64,000 nucleotides of DNA, from positions 3,086 through 67,085 of IMG/VR virus record IMGVR_UViG_2974606035_000001, one strand, 5' to 3'. Position numbers and translations under genes: made by a program. Positions 8,790 to 18,503 of the stretch are shown here, one piece after another. This DNA is from a virus. Its lineage: Duplodnaviria > Heunggongvirae > Uroviricota > Caudoviricetes > Demerecviridae. The first letter of the stretch is position 1, and every line of letters starts with the position of its first letter. The notes under the pieces were generated by a model. The model made no database searches and was not told the origin of the DNA. It was given only the letters and a program-made list of their open reading frames with translations.

Positions 8790-9394
8790 TAATTACCTCT
8801 CTTATCTTCATTAATGACAGCTCCTAACGCCTCCATAATAGCATCCTCTAAACTTCCATGTTTACTAGGATTATTAAAATGAGTAGTACAAACAGAACTC
8901 CTAGAAACTCCAGCATCCGCAGGTGCTACGCTTCGCATATCAGACTCAAAAGCTTCTTGAGTATGTTTCAACTGTACAGAAGGGCCATAATCTTCCACAA
9001 ACTTATATGACTGCGTACTACTTACTACACCACCACAAGGAACATTGTGCAAATCCGATGATTTATTTAGCATTGCGATTGGTCCGGACGGCCATGAATC
9101 TCGAATAGTTACTGGAGCACTAGGACGATTTACCTCAGTCTTCACGAGTTTGTAACCAGCGTCGATTAATGCGTTAATTAGATTATCAGCTGGGATGCGA
9201 GCCTTACCAAAAATCTCACGAGCGTTGTTGAGCCTACCTTCAAAACCTTTACATGCTCTAATATTAGTGTGTGCAAAGGTTAGCTTCATAGATTTGAACT
9301 GTACAGTGGCAGTTAAATCTTTAAAGCTATAATCCCACGTATTCAGTTCATGGTCTGGTACTACTTGAATAGATTGTTGTGTATTAAAAGTCAT
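8789..9394 (-). CDS. hypothetical protein (201 aa); contains a TGTGCAAATCCGATG repeat copy
   Basis: ORF track. Confidence 0.5.
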   Translation of the reverse strand: MTFNTQQSIQVVPDHELNTWDYSFKDLTATVQFKSMKLTFAHTNIRACKGFEGRLNNAREIFGKARIPADNLINALIDAGYKLVKTEVNRPSAPVTIRDSWPSGPIAMLNKSSDLHNVPCGGVVSSTQSYKFVEDYGPSVQLKHTQEAFESDMRSVAPADAGVSRSSVCTTHFNNPSKHGSLEDAIMEALGAVINEDKRGN

Positions 9395-9579
9395 TATTTA
9401 TTCTCCAGTTTGTCTAACAGTTTATGGGCTGCGATGTTATATTGTTTAAGTTCACGATTAAGGATTTGGTTCTTACACTTTAGCTCTAGATTCTTATTAT
9501 TAAGAATGTTGCAGATTAGTAGAAGTGCTAGTATTAATAATAAAGAACCTACGAGCATTAAAAGAAAAAGAGTTTCCAT
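9394..9579 (-). CDS. small membrane protein (61 aa)
   Basis: ORF track; N-terminal TM. Confidence 0.4.
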   Translation of the reverse strand: METLFLLMLVGSLLLILALLLICNILNNKNLELKCKNQILNRELKQYNIAAHKLLDKLENK

Positions 9580-9812
9580 TATTTAATTCCCATGTAACGT
9601 TTGAGATATACGATGAAGTCTTCCGCTGTATGCTCTACGCTACCTTGAGCTACGAATAGCTTGAGAGCTTCACGTTGTAGGTTAAGCCTAGCCTTTTCAC
9701 CACGTAGTTTTCTGTTATCATCTATAATCCTATTAAGATCACGGGTCTTTTTAACAGATATGCTGATTGCAAATAATAGTGCTATTGCAAGAATAATTAA
9801 TACAATTTCCAC
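9579..9812 (-). CDS. small membrane protein (77 aa)
   Basis: ORF track; TM + basic. Confidence 0.45.
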   Translation of the reverse strand: MEIVLIILAIALLFAISISVKKTRDLNRIIDDNRKLRGEKARLNLQREALKLFVAQGSVEHTAEDFIVYLKRYMGIK

Positions 9813-9837
9813 TATAGTCTCTTTTTATATGTACTCA

Positions 9838-9880
9838 AAAGGCCAGAACAATTAAGTCCTGGCCTCTAGAATTAATGAAG
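9838..9880 (-). terminator. rho-independent terminator (AGGCCAG stem + TTTT on minus)
   Basis: GGCCAGAACAATTAAGTCCTGGCC hairpin. Confidence 0.5.
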
Positions 9881-10309
9881 TTGTTTACCACTTCTTAAAA
9901 TAGTGGCCGTTTCCATAAGATTTAACGTTGTATCACGCTTTTTGATTTGTTTGTCCAGTTCATCGGTACGTTTGCCAATGTAAGCGTTAATAGCCATATT
10001 CATAGCTGAGGCGAGATCTTCTTTGGTTATCTCTTCATCATCTAAAGCTAATTTAGCTAAAGAATCGAAAGTACTAGAAAGTCCTATAAGATCAGAAGCT
10101 TCCCCAGCCAAAATAGGGTTAACATTATCTATTGTTACTTCCAACATAGAGTTAACAATATCTTCTCCGTCTACTAAACCAGATTCAATATTACTCTCCC
10201 ATTCCTTCATCTGCTCCAGCAATGGATTTTTCTTTTCTGTCATGGTAAAGGTTTCCTGTGTCTGTTGGTAAGAAGGACGATTGAGCTTTAGGTGGATGTT
10301 GTTTAGCAA
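9872..10309 (-). CDS. acidic hypothetical protein (145 aa; true start maybe 10243)
   Basis: ORF track. Confidence 0.45.
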   Translation of the reverse strand: MLNNIHLKLNRPSYQQTQETFTMTEKKNPLLEQMKEWESNIESGLVDGEDIVNSMLEVTIDNVNPILAGEASDLIGLSSTFDSLAKLALDDEEITKEDLASAMNMAINAYIGKRTDELDKQIKKRDTTLNLMETATILRSGKQLH

Positions 10310-10652
10310 TCCAGTTAAGAATCAGCACACGACTAGGAACAATATCGGTATTATACCAGAAATCATAAACCCACTGACGAGCATCCTCAAACTTACCAAA
10401 TTTATACGCTTTCTTAAATAATTCAAACCCAAAACAATCCGGTGTAAAGTCTACTTCACGATATTGAACTACTTTAGAACCAGTTAGGTCTTGGATCGCT
10501 GCATTAATTTCTGTATGCGAGAATTTTGTTTCATGAAACTTATTAAAGAATCGGTAGTTGAAGCGTCCGTTCGTTTCGACAAATAACTGGATAAAGAGAT
10601 CGTTAAATTGGTTATCAAACCAGTAATTCTGTAGTTGTTGTAGTGCTGTCAT
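10191..10652 (-). CDS. hypothetical protein (153 aa), aromatic-rich
   Basis: ORF track. Confidence 0.5.
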   Translation of the reverse strand: MTALQQLQNYWFDNQFNDLFIQLFVETNGRFNYRFFNKFHETKFSHTEINAAIQDLTGSKVVQYREVDFTPDCFGFELFKKAYKFGKFEDARQWVYDFWYNTDIVPSRVLILNWIAKQHPPKAQSSFLPTDTGNLYHDRKEKSIAGADEGMGE

Positions 10653-10849
10653 TTACGAACTCCGTTAATTGCCACGAGGATGCCTTCGTACATAAAAGGA
10701 AGTAGTTCAGAAGTGTAGAAGATATTTTCCGTTATTCCTAGATGTCGAAAAAGTATATTAAATAATGCTGTTAGAAATACAATCTGAGGCAGTAATACAA
10801 AATACTCAGTTACAATCTTTGGTGCCTGATAAACAAGACGTTTTATCAT
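10649..10849 (-). CDS. small membrane protein (66 aa)
   Basis: ORF track. Confidence 0.4.
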   Translation of the reverse strand: MIKRLVYQAPKIVTEYFVLLPQIVFLTALFNILFRHLGITENIFYTSELLPFMYEGILVAINGVRK

Positions 10850-10948
10850 TGTTTTTAAGTCTCCTTATTACTTTGGCCTGCTCCACGATAATAAAAACTG
10901 CAAGCACTAATAGTGCTATTAGCCCCGCAGTAATTGGTACTAAATCAA

Positions 10949-11275
10949 TCATGGGAGACGCCATACGTAATTAGCTGTCTGTAGAGTCTTAGCGGTATCA
11001 TCATGGTACATTACTACAGACTTTGGTGAATAGCTATCAGCTAGTTCTTTACGAATCATTTCACACTCTTCACCAGTATCAATATTTTTAACTATCACTT
11101 TCATATTAAGTGGTGTTAATACAGAAAGTGGTTTCCAAGAGTCCTCAATCTCAATTCCTACCTTTTTCTCGATTAACGTGAGAACTTCTAATGTATCATC
11201 TGGAATACTAATATTATTATTCACAAACTGTAGTATCTCATGTAAGGTATTTAATTCATTAAAATTAAGCTTCAT
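10949..11275 (-). CDS. hypothetical protein (108 aa)
   Basis: ORF track. Confidence 0.5.
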   Translation of the reverse strand: MKLNFNELNTLHEILQFVNNNISIPDDTLEVLTLIEKKVGIEIEDSWKPLSVLTPLNMKVIVKNIDTGEECEMIRKELADSYSPKSVVMYHDDTAKTLQTANYVWRLP

Positions 11276-11510
11276 CTTTAAGAATATCCTCTACCATATC
11301 ACAAGACTGTTGCAATTCATCAGCAATACGTTTAATATCGGTTTTTGTTACTTTACCAACTAACATCACCAGTAACATAGAAAAGATAATAAGTGGAACT
11401 GGAATAACAAATAAACCTACCTTAACAACATTCTTTGGCGTCCATGTGTGGTATTTAGTAATCAGTACACCAACCACAATTAGATAAAACGCTAGAATAA
11501 ACATCATCAT
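11265..11510 (-). CDS. membrane protein (81 aa)
   Basis: ORF track; two TM. Confidence 0.45.
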   Translation of the reverse strand: MMMFILAFYLIVVGVLITKYHTWTPKNVVKVGLFVIPVPLIIFSMLLVMLVGKVTKTDIKRIADELQQSCDMVEDILKDEA

Positions 11511-11788
11511 TTTTTAATCTCCGTAATTATCTGTGCACGCATTACTTTATTAGGTAATTTTGTATTCCCAGCTATTGCTTCAATATTGTTTAACTTTTCT
11601 TTAAGAATATCTGAGCGTCTTTGGGCTAGTTCAATATCTTGTTCTTGTTCTATTAAGCGACAGTGGAGTCCACTATTAGTAATAAGCATACTCTCCATAT
11701 TTTTTCGCATGCTTACAATACCAATAACCCCACCAATTGCTGCTAGTGTCATAAGCACTAGCAATCCAATGAGAATTTCAGTTAACAT
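11507..11788 (-). CDS. membrane/coiled-coil protein (93 aa)
   Basis: ORF track. Confidence 0.45.
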   Translation of the reverse strand: MLTEILIGLLVLMTLAAIGGVIGIVSMRKNMESMLITNSGLHCRLIEQEQDIELAQRRSDILKEKLNNIEAIAGNTKLPNKVMRAQIITEIKK

Positions 11789-11949
11789 TAAATACCTCTA
11801 CATTTTTCGTTATCCGGGACTAATTTACACATTTCTACTTTCAGTTCTTTTGCTGAGTTTTCTAGTTTAGAAACTTTATTGTGAATAAGTCCCAAAAATA
11901 TCACCTGGAAAACTAGCATTATTGCTACTAATGCTAGTTTATTCTCCAT
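11788..11949 (-). CDS. small membrane protein (~54 aa, below ORF-track cutoff)
   Basis: manual translation MENKLALVAIMLVFQVIFLGLIHNK...; stop overlaps next start. Confidence 0.35.
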   Translation of the reverse strand: MENKLALVAIMLVFQVIFLGLIHNKVSKLENSAKELKVEMCKLVPDNEKCRGI

Positions 11950-12245
11950 TATTTCTTACCTTTCAGTTGCTTAACTTCACGCTCAAAGCTAGCTGCTCGA
12001 CGTTCTGCCACTGCTTGATGCTCCTTAGCAAAGCGTGCCTCTTGTTTTGCTAAGTTAAAGGCCATAGCGTTCTTGTTAAGAGAATCATACATCTTCTTCA
12101 ACGCCGGAATAGACATTTTCATCAGTTGCCCCTCAAATCCTTGCATGTCGAGGAGAATTGCTAATACATTGGCCATTTCAGTCTTAGTAAGGTTAGAGGC
12201 GTCGAAGTCTTTAGTCATGTTTTCCATTAGAATTTCCTCTCTCAT
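11949..12245 (-). CDS. hypothetical protein (98 aa), coiled-coil
   Basis: ORF track; promoter+leader consensus upstream. Confidence 0.5.
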   Translation of the reverse strand: MREEILMENMTKDFDASNLTKTEMANVLAILLDMQGFEGQLMKMSIPALKKMYDSLNKNAMAFNLAKQEARFAKEHQAVAERRAASFEREVKQLKGKK

Positions 12246-12292
12246 TAATTTATGAACTTATTATACAGAATTTTAAGGCTTAAAGCAACTGA
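12246..12292 (-). promoter_or_regulatory. early promoter (TTGCTT-17-TATAAT) with conserved AT-rich leader
   Basis: rc reads TTGCTTTAAGCCTTAAAATTCTGTATAATAAGTTCATAAATTAATGAGAG ATG. Confidence 0.6.
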
Positions 12293-12305
12293 ATTTTTTA
12301 ATTAC

Positions 12306-12734
12306 TTACCAATCGTTAACAACGCCGGAGAACTCAGAAGCAAAAACTTTTTCAAATTTCTCTGCAATTTCAGGATGATCTTTGCAGATCAGCTCAATAC
12401 AGGCTTCTGGAGTCATTCCTTCATCTTCAGGATCACCATAGTATTTGTCCCAAAGATCATCAGGAATGATGCGTTCAGCTAGATCCTGGAAATAAACTGC
12501 CTGGTAACGTGGTGCTTCTTCAGCAAAGAGTTCTTCAATCTCTTCGTCTGCCTCACCTCTGTAATCTGCCATTAATAGGGCATCAGTTGCGTAACATTCC
12601 CAGACCATCAAACGTTCAGAGATAGGGTTAGACTTATCCTGAACGTAAGACTGGAACAAGGTTTGGAAAGTTGCCTTAACTTGTTCAAACTTATCTGCTG
12701 CTGCGAAAACTAGAGCTTTATCAACTTTGTTCAT
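12306..12734 (-). CDS. acidic hypothetical protein (142 aa)
   Basis: ORF track; promoter consensus at 12755-12796. Confidence 0.55.
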   Translation of the reverse strand: MNKVDKALVFAAADKFEQVKATFQTLFQSYVQDKSNPISERLMVWECYATDALLMADYRGEADEEIEELFAEEAPRYQAVYFQDLAERIIPDDLWDKYYGDPEDEGMTPEACIELICKDHPEIAEKFEKVFASEFSGVVNDW

Positions 12735-12901
12735 TTTGATTCCTTCTCATCAATTTATAAAATAATTATACAGAAACTTAAGCATTTTAGCAAATAAAAC
12801 TTTTAATTAAAATGCCTAATCCTGTACCAATAGCAATACAAATGATTATAAGTATTGCTATCGCTTGTATGATTCGTTTAATAATAGCCTCAGCTATATA
12901 C

Positions 12902-13423
12902 TTAGACATTTAACATCCAGCTAGTTTTATCGTGCGAAGTGTACTTACCGCTCATGATGTCTTCCAGGCGTACTGGAGATTTTGCATACTCGACACAAAC
13001 GTTAATATAACGAGGGTCTCCCATTAACTCAAAGTGAGTATGCCCATGTAAGTTCTTTTTACCTCTCAGCTCCCCGGGGTGTATTGGGGCATGGGAAAGC
13101 CAGAAGTTTTTATACTTAACTAGGGATTGTACGTTATCTACAATCCCTATTAAGTCTTTGAAAGATAATCCTTCTCGTTCTAAGTCGTGGTTTCCCAAAA
13201 CTAATGTAGTTCTAACATTGCTGAAGAGTTTTTCAAACTTCTCTAAACCATTTCTAGATACAAATGCGTCTCCTAAAATATAGAATACTGTACGCTTATC
13301 TTTCATGGATGTAATAGTATCCATAATAAATTCGTCATGCTCTTCCATAGTAGAAAAGATTGGTCTGAATTTAGTAATATTTGCATGTCCTAAGTGGAGA
13401 TCACTCCAAAAGAAAACTTTCAT
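12902..13423 (-). CDS. calcineurin-like metallophosphoesterase (173 aa)
   Basis: DLHLGH, GD..., GNHD motifs. Confidence 0.7.
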   Translation of the reverse strand: MKVFFWSDLHLGHANITKFRPIFSTMEEHDEFIMDTITSMKDKRTVFYILGDAFVSRNGLEKFEKLFSNVRTTLVLGNHDLEREGLSFKDLIGIVDNVQSLVKYKNFWLSHAPIHPGELRGKKNLHGHTHFELMGDPRYINVCVEYAKSPVRLEDIMSGKYTSHDKTSWMLNV

Positions 13424-14298
13424 TAAAGAATCCTCTGTACACCGCAGCTATTATTTTTGTCTGTAGTAAATGTGGTGATTTTGCCCGTTTCATCATTAAC
13501 CTGCGCAACCGTCAACTGCCCATTGAAAACACCGCCAGTATCAAGATAAACACGATTTTTATGGAGTATTGGGTAAGGAACCCCAGTGTGTCCGTGGAAC
13601 ACAAAATCTACCCCCTTAACTTCTGGCACTTCTACCATGTATTTTTCTTTAAATCCTGCGTAACGCTGGAAATATGGGTGTTCCTCGCCATTTTTGGACA
13701 AGTAGAAGCCTATTTCTTGGATTACATCTCGATCCCATAAATATGGTTCAACATGGTATTCCGGATGGTCATGTGGGTCTTCCTTAGCTGCTTCTACTTG
13801 CGCAATAAGACTATCCCATACTGGGGTTTCTACTTCATTACCGCATTCTTTGTACGTAAAAAGTACACCACCGTGAACAACACCAAATTTCTTACCACGA
13901 TGTCTAACAGTTAGGAATACTGGCATTTTTTCAGCCATATCTTCGGCAATACTTTTAATGGTGTCTGCATCTAGTTCATTCATAGCCCACATACCACCAT
14001 TATACATCCAATTAGCCCAATCTCCTGCAATCATAAATTGATCATGATTACCACGGACACTGATAAAACGTGGATTATACAGGAATTTGGCTAAAACTTG
14101 TAGGTTTTGTGTGCCTCGGTCAATTAAGTCGCCAACACATACTACGCAATCTTTTTTGCTATTATACCCAGCTAATTTTAACGCATCTTCTAGCAAATCA
14201 TTGCATCCATGAATATCACCAACGAAAAACAAGTTGGCATCATCCGGCACTACTAGAGTTTTATGTACATTAAATTCTTTTTTCATAATTATTCCCAA
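13423..14298 (-). CDS. Ser/Thr protein phosphatase (PPP family, 291 aa)
   Basis: GDIHG, GDLIDRG, GNHD motifs. Confidence 0.75.
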   Translation of the reverse strand: MGIIMKKEFNVHKTLVVPDDANLFFVGDIHGCNDLLEDALKLAGYNSKKDCVVCVGDLIDRGTQNLQVLAKFLYNPRFISVRGNHDQFMIAGDWANWMYNGGMWAMNELDADTIKSIAEDMAEKMPVFLTVRHRGKKFGVVHGGVLFTYKECGNEVETPVWDSLIAQVEAAKEDPHDHPEYHVEPYLWDRDVIQEIGFYLSKNGEEHPYFQRYAGFKEKYMVEVPEVKGVDFVFHGHTGVPYPILHKNRVYLDTGGVFNGQLTVAQVNDETGKITTFTTDKNNSCGVQRIL

Positions 14299-14534
14299 AT
14301 AACAGTTAAAATAGTTGTGCCATAATCATTAGATAGTTGGAGAGTATAACCCTCTTTATATAGGGCTTTTATAGCTTCATAACTAATTTCATCACGATTA
14401 AACTGTACAAAAGAACCCCCAATCCCCACAGAAGAAACTATTCTCTTTTTAACATACTTATATGGTTTCTTTCTGCTATTAAGGAGTGCAGCTCTATTTA
14501 TTCTGGCTAAACGTTTTGCTTGTTCCGCTAACAT
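14289..14534 (-). CDS. hypothetical protein (81 aa)
   Basis: ORF track; promoter consensus at 14555-14592. Confidence 0.45.
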   Translation of the reverse strand: MLAEQAKRLARINRAALLNSRKKPYKYVKKRIVSSVGIGGSFVQFNRDEISYEAIKALYKEGYTLQLSNDYGTTILTVIWE

Positions 14535-14596
14535 TTAATCCTCCGGTCAATTTATATAAATATTATACCAAAATTTTTAGCAAAAAGCAAGTAAAA

Positions 14597-14635
14597 TAAA
14601 AGCCTGATCAGCTAAGATCAGGCTTTGTTTATTAG
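14597..14635. terminator. bidirectional hairpin terminator AGCCTGATC..GATCAGGCT flanked by T-runs
   Basis: seen directly. Confidence 0.55.
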
Positions 14636-14922
14636 TCCTCTGGGTTATCATCCAGGAAATTTTTAATAGCTTCGTGCATAGTTTCTTTACGAAGCTGACG
14701 TCCAATCAGAATATGATTAGCTTCTACTCTACCATTAGGTAAGCGATCTGCCAGAACTACTACAGGAACTTGGCGCACACCGAATTTCTGCATTAATTCT
14801 GTATTATCAGTCTCTTTATGGATTTCCAAATTATAGTCATTGACTACTTTATCAAATACTGGCTCGAAAAGAGCACAAGGACGACACGTGGAACCTTTTA
14901 ATAGATATACTAATTTACTCAT
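14632..14922 (-). CDS. thioredoxin/glutaredoxin-like protein (CRPC active site)
   Basis: CxxC near N-terminus after beta strand, 96 aa. Confidence 0.55.
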   Translation of the reverse strand: MSKLVYLLKGSTCRPCALFEPVFDKVVNDYNLEIHKETDNTELMQKFGVRQVPVVVLADRLPNGRVEANHILIGRQLRKETMHEAIKNFLDDNPED

Positions 14923-15346
14923 AGTTATTAATGGCCTCTAAGAAGTTTTTCATAGTTTTTACTGTTGCGGTGCTCAGATCAAGATTTACACCCAAACACT
15001 CGGTTAATGCTTCCTGATAAGGAGCCTTTAATCTGCCTTCCGGGACTTCTACCTTCTTATATTCTTTATTTTTGACCTTTTTAATCATAGTCTCTAGTAC
15101 AAGAAGTGGTAATTTAGCACCCTCAATATCAGTACCCAAAAGTTCAGTTAAAATTTTATTAAGATCAAGACGAGTTAACTTTTTGCCCTTAGACATAGAT
15201 GCACCTACCTTTGTATCAATAGATTTTTCCGCTTTCTTTTCGAGCTTTTTGTACTCAGGAGAGTCATGATCACGGAGTGCAATGTTTAGCTCGTAATGTG
15301 GTATACGAAAATGTTCCGCCATTTGAGTATAGAAACGATCAGACAT
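14915..15346 (-). CDS. hypothetical protein (143 aa)
   Basis: ORF track. Confidence 0.5.
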   Translation of the reverse strand: MSDRFYTQMAEHFRIPHYELNIALRDHDSPEYKKLEKKAEKSIDTKVGASMSKGKKLTRLDLNKILTELLGTDIEGAKLPLLVLETMIKKVKNKEYKKVEVPEGRLKAPYQEALTECLGVNLDLSTATVKTMKNFLEAINNYE

Positions 15347-15421
15347 AATATATACCTCTCTTAACTAATTTATGTATATATTATATAATAACTAGGGCTA
15401 AAAGTCAACTACTTTTTTATC

Positions 15422-15838
15422 TTAATCTACTGCATGTATAAATCTTTTCCTAACTAGATACATAGTTATTGGGTAAATTGAGTACATAAGTATCGGGGAG
15501 AAAAGGGTGAAATACGCTGTAACTCCCCCAGCTAACATCAAAGGTATTAATGCTAGAATAAGGGCCATAAGTATCATGCCGAATGAAACAGCCAAAGCTA
15601 TGGATATAGGATTCTCTAGTTCCATCCATAACCAACAATATTTCGTATCTCTATGGCAATTGCATTTACAAACGCCGAATGAACCCATAATTATATACTC
15701 TAGTCCGTGAATAACCTTTATTAATAAGCTATTTCGGGTAGTTAATGCAAGGATAGTAAAAACTATCATTAAAACGAATACTACTAGACTTATTTTCCAG
15801 ATACCTAGCAGCATCATAGTGAATAGTTCTGCAAACAT
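15422..15838 (-). CDS. polytopic membrane protein (138 aa)
   Basis: ORF track; 4 hydrophobic segments. Confidence 0.5.
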   Translation of the reverse strand: MFAELFTMMLLGIWKISLVVFVLMIVFTILALTTRNSLLIKVIHGLEYIIMGSFGVCKCNCHRDTKYCWLWMELENPISIALAVSFGMILMALILALIPLMLAGGVTAYFTLFSPILMYSIYPITMYLVRKRFIHAVD

Positions 15839-15915
15839 GGCTTTCTCCTATCTTTAAAAATTATTAAAGCCCCCTTTGCCTAAAAAGGCGGGAGTATTCC
15901 CGCCTAAGTTATTAA

Positions 15916-16329
15916 TTAAACTAGTTCGACATGACCGCCATCATAGGTACCACGTTTTATTTCATCGTGATAATCTCCCGAAGCATTCCAATCAGCACCA
16001 AAACGAAGTTTAATGCCTAGTTCTTTACCTGCTTGTTCAAAAGCCTTTTTAACTGCCCAAAATGCTTCTAAGTCATTCCAATCAATCTTGCCATTAATGT
16101 ATGGAGCAAAATCAAGAGCATCCCCAGTAATATGCTTACTTTTACTAGGATCTTTTAAAAATGAAGTACCATTAGCAATATTCTGGGCACTTTGTGCTAC
16201 TGTACGAATACCCTGTACGATCGTGAAATCATATGGAGATAATTCTAAAGCTCTACGAGCTACTTTTTGTAACTCTGGCTTAACGGTAGCTAATTGTTTT
16301 TCGCTATTTTTACCAAATTTAAAACTCAT
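15916..16329 (-). CDS. lys: endolysin, L-alanyl-D-glutamate peptidase (M15 family, 137 aa) as in T5 Lys
   Basis: recognisable T5-type endolysin sequence; H..D..H zinc-ligand arrangement; adjacent to holin. Confidence 0.75.
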   Translation of the reverse strand: MSFKFGKNSEKQLATVKPELQKVARRALELSPYDFTIVQGIRTVAQSAQNIANGTSFLKDPSKSKHITGDALDFAPYINGKIDWNDLEAFWAVKKAFEQAGKELGIKLRFGADWNASGDYHDEIKRGTYDGGHVELV

Positions 16330-16982
16330 ATTGATCTACCTAAATATCTCTGTTGTGGTGAACAGAGCTTTGTTAAATACTCGTTAAATTTCTCAGAATC
16401 GGCTGCATCTACAGGATTATCTTTCCAAGCAATACCAATATACCCAGCATAGATATTGTTTAGATTGAAATATGGACAAGTGTATATGTAATTAAAAGTA
16501 ACGTTCTTAAACGCAGGTATATTTAACCCCATGTATTTATTTACTTTTACACTTAAATCCGATGCGTAGTTAAAGCCTTCTAAGTGACGTCTATATAGCT
16601 CAGACGTCTTATTTACCGCTTTATCAGCCAAGTCAGCCCTATCTAATTGCGCATTGCTTTCCCATGCAATAATGTTAGAATAATCATTAACGGCATCGGG
16701 TTTATACTTGACGACAAAAACAGCGTCCGCACCCGTTTGAGAAAAAAGTACCATGCTCTTTTCTCTAGCTACGTTAGGAAAATTACTTATCCTTTGATTT
16801 TGAACATCCTGTAGAACCGCAGACGTGGAGAAAGTCTTTAAGAATGACATCACCTCACTAGTATTACTAACAAATAAGAAAATAATGACAGCAACTAAGA
16901 TAGTTAGCAGACGTTTAAGAAGCGATGCTGGATCTTTCGCTTCTTGGAGCAGTACCGTTAATAATTGTAAGAACTTTTCCAA
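16326..16982 (-). CDS. hol: holin (218 aa, N-terminal TM, T5 holin-like)
   Basis: TM segment + position upstream overlapping endolysin. Confidence 0.55.
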   Translation of the reverse strand: MEKFLQLLTVLLQEAKDPASLLKRLLTILVAVIIFLFVSNTSEVMSFLKTFSTSAVLQDVQNQRISNFPNVAREKSMVLFSQTGADAVFVVKYKPDAVNDYSNIIAWESNAQLDRADLADKAVNKTSELYRRHLEGFNYASDLSVKVNKYMGLNIPAFKNVTFNYIYTCPYFNLNNIYAGYIGIAWKDNPVDAADSEKFNEYLTKLCSPQQRYLGRSI

Positions 16983-17097
16983 TTGTAACCTCCTCTAACC
17001 AGTACCATTATACTAATTTTGGAGGAAAATTACAATGTGTTTTTAAAGATCACTTCTGGAGCATAAAATTTTGTCGTTGTCAAGAAGAATTTTAGAT

Positions 17098-17140
17098 AAA
17101 AGAAAAGCCAGGGTCGTTAAACCCTGGCTTAAAACTACTT
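17098..17140 (-). terminator. rho-independent terminator (AGCCAGGG stem + TTTTCTTTT on minus)
   Basis: seen directly. Confidence 0.55.
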
Positions 17141-17738
17141 ACTCTTCGTTATACTCCTCGGATTGAGGTAACTGGGCTTTATTATATTGCTCAGATCGAT
17201 ATTTCGCCAAGATTTCAATACGCTTATGGATTTCTTTGCTATCTAGATAGATATTTTTGTTGTCTTTTACCATCTCGTCGATTTCGTCTATTGAGAAGAA
17301 CGGATAGTAGACATCTAGCATCATATCTTCTACGAACTTGTTGTAAGATTCATAGGCTTTCTTGATTTCTTGACCCTTCTCACAGAATCCGCCAGAGAAC
17401 GTGTGTCCCATTAGCGTAGCATGTGGATGTACTACCCACCCATGACAGGATAGGAAAATCGTACAGTAAGCAGAAGCACTAGGACCAACCAGATGCCCTA
17501 TAACTGTTCCACGGCAGTTAGCAATTAAGTTAGATAACTGTGCAGCAGTATCAACATAACCACCTGGGCCATTAATCATCAGATTAATTTCGTCGTCCTC
17601 ATTTGCTTGCATAAGTACCATTGATAAATCACGGTATTCACCCGGCGGGCCTAATTCTTCATCAAAGAAAAAGGTATACTCATTAGATTGGCGAATGGAG
17701 TGAAACAGGTTAGTCTTTGCTTCTTTTTTATTAGTCAT
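17139..17738 (-). CDS. ClpP-like serine protease family protein (199 aa)
   Basis: INGPGG..D, GPSASA..., H..H pattern reminiscent of ClpP/SppA fold. Confidence 0.5.
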   Translation of the reverse strand: MTNKKEAKTNLFHSIRQSNEYTFFFDEELGPPGEYRDLSMVLMQANEDDEINLMINGPGGYVDTAAQLSNLIANCRGTVIGHLVGPSASAYCTIFLSCHGWVVHPHATLMGHTFSGGFCEKGQEIKKAYESYNKFVEDMMLDVYYPFFSIDEIDEMVKDNKNIYLDSKEIHKRIEILAKYRSEQYNKAQLPQSEEYNEE

Positions 17739-17750
17739 AGCGATCCTTGA

Positions 17751-18503
17751 TTATCCAACTAGTGGTTCTAGCTCTAAGTCACAGAAGTTATACACTTCTA
17801 GTTTAAGGTTAGTGATACCATCGAATTTATTAACTAATTCGTGAGTAATATATTTTGCAGGAATACCACTTTCAGATGGATGATCTGATTTAATAGTGAA
17901 CTTCTGCTCAGCGGGTACTACATTTACTATCAAAGAATCCATATCTAAATGGTTTGTTTCTCTGAGTAGCTCTCCTTCATTGGGGAATCTAACATCTGTT
18001 ATTACGGCGACGTCTGGGTCGTCTTTAGCGATGGATTGCTCCAGAATTATGAGCCAAATGCGTTCATGCACCAGCTGCCTTCCTAGCTCTGTTCCTACGA
18101 GCTGTAACATTTTTCTCGGAGAAATAAATAAGCTATAAAGACCGTCTTCTTTATTCTCTGAGATAAGTTGTTGAGGATTAAGATACTTTTCCTCAAAAAT
18201 AGGCCAAACGTACGAGAAGTCTTCAAACTTATCGATACCGTACTTAAACCACACATCTCTGGCTCGCTCCAATTGAGATTGTGTTACTGTAAACCATTGG
18301 TCAACCTCTTTTCCCCTGCGCCCTCCTAGAAACTCTGGAGTTACACCGAGGATTACGGATGCAAGTTCATAAACGGGCTTAGCAAAACTGTACCGACGGG
18401 TTAAACACGTTGGATACGTGTCATTACACCAATCGATAATTAATTTTGCAACGGTATCTTTTCCTGCACCTGCTTCGCCATGTAAACCAACTAATACTGA
18501 CAT
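17751..18503 (-). CDS. dnk: deoxynucleoside monophosphate kinase (250 aa)
   Basis: P-loop GEAGAGKDT at N-terminus; size equals T5 dNMP kinase. Confidence 0.6.
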   Translation of the reverse strand: MSVLVGLHGEAGAGKDTVAKLIIDWCNDTYPTCLTRRYSFAKPVYELASVILGVTPEFLGGRRGKEVDQWFTVTQSQLERARDVWFKYGIDKFEDFSYVWPIFEEKYLNPQQLISENKEDGLYSLFISPRKMLQLVGTELGRQLVHERIWLIILEQSIAKDDPDVAVITDVRFPNEGELLRETNHLDMDSLIVNVVPAEQKFTIKSDHPSESGIPAKYITHELVNKFDGITNLKLEVYNFCDLELEPLVG

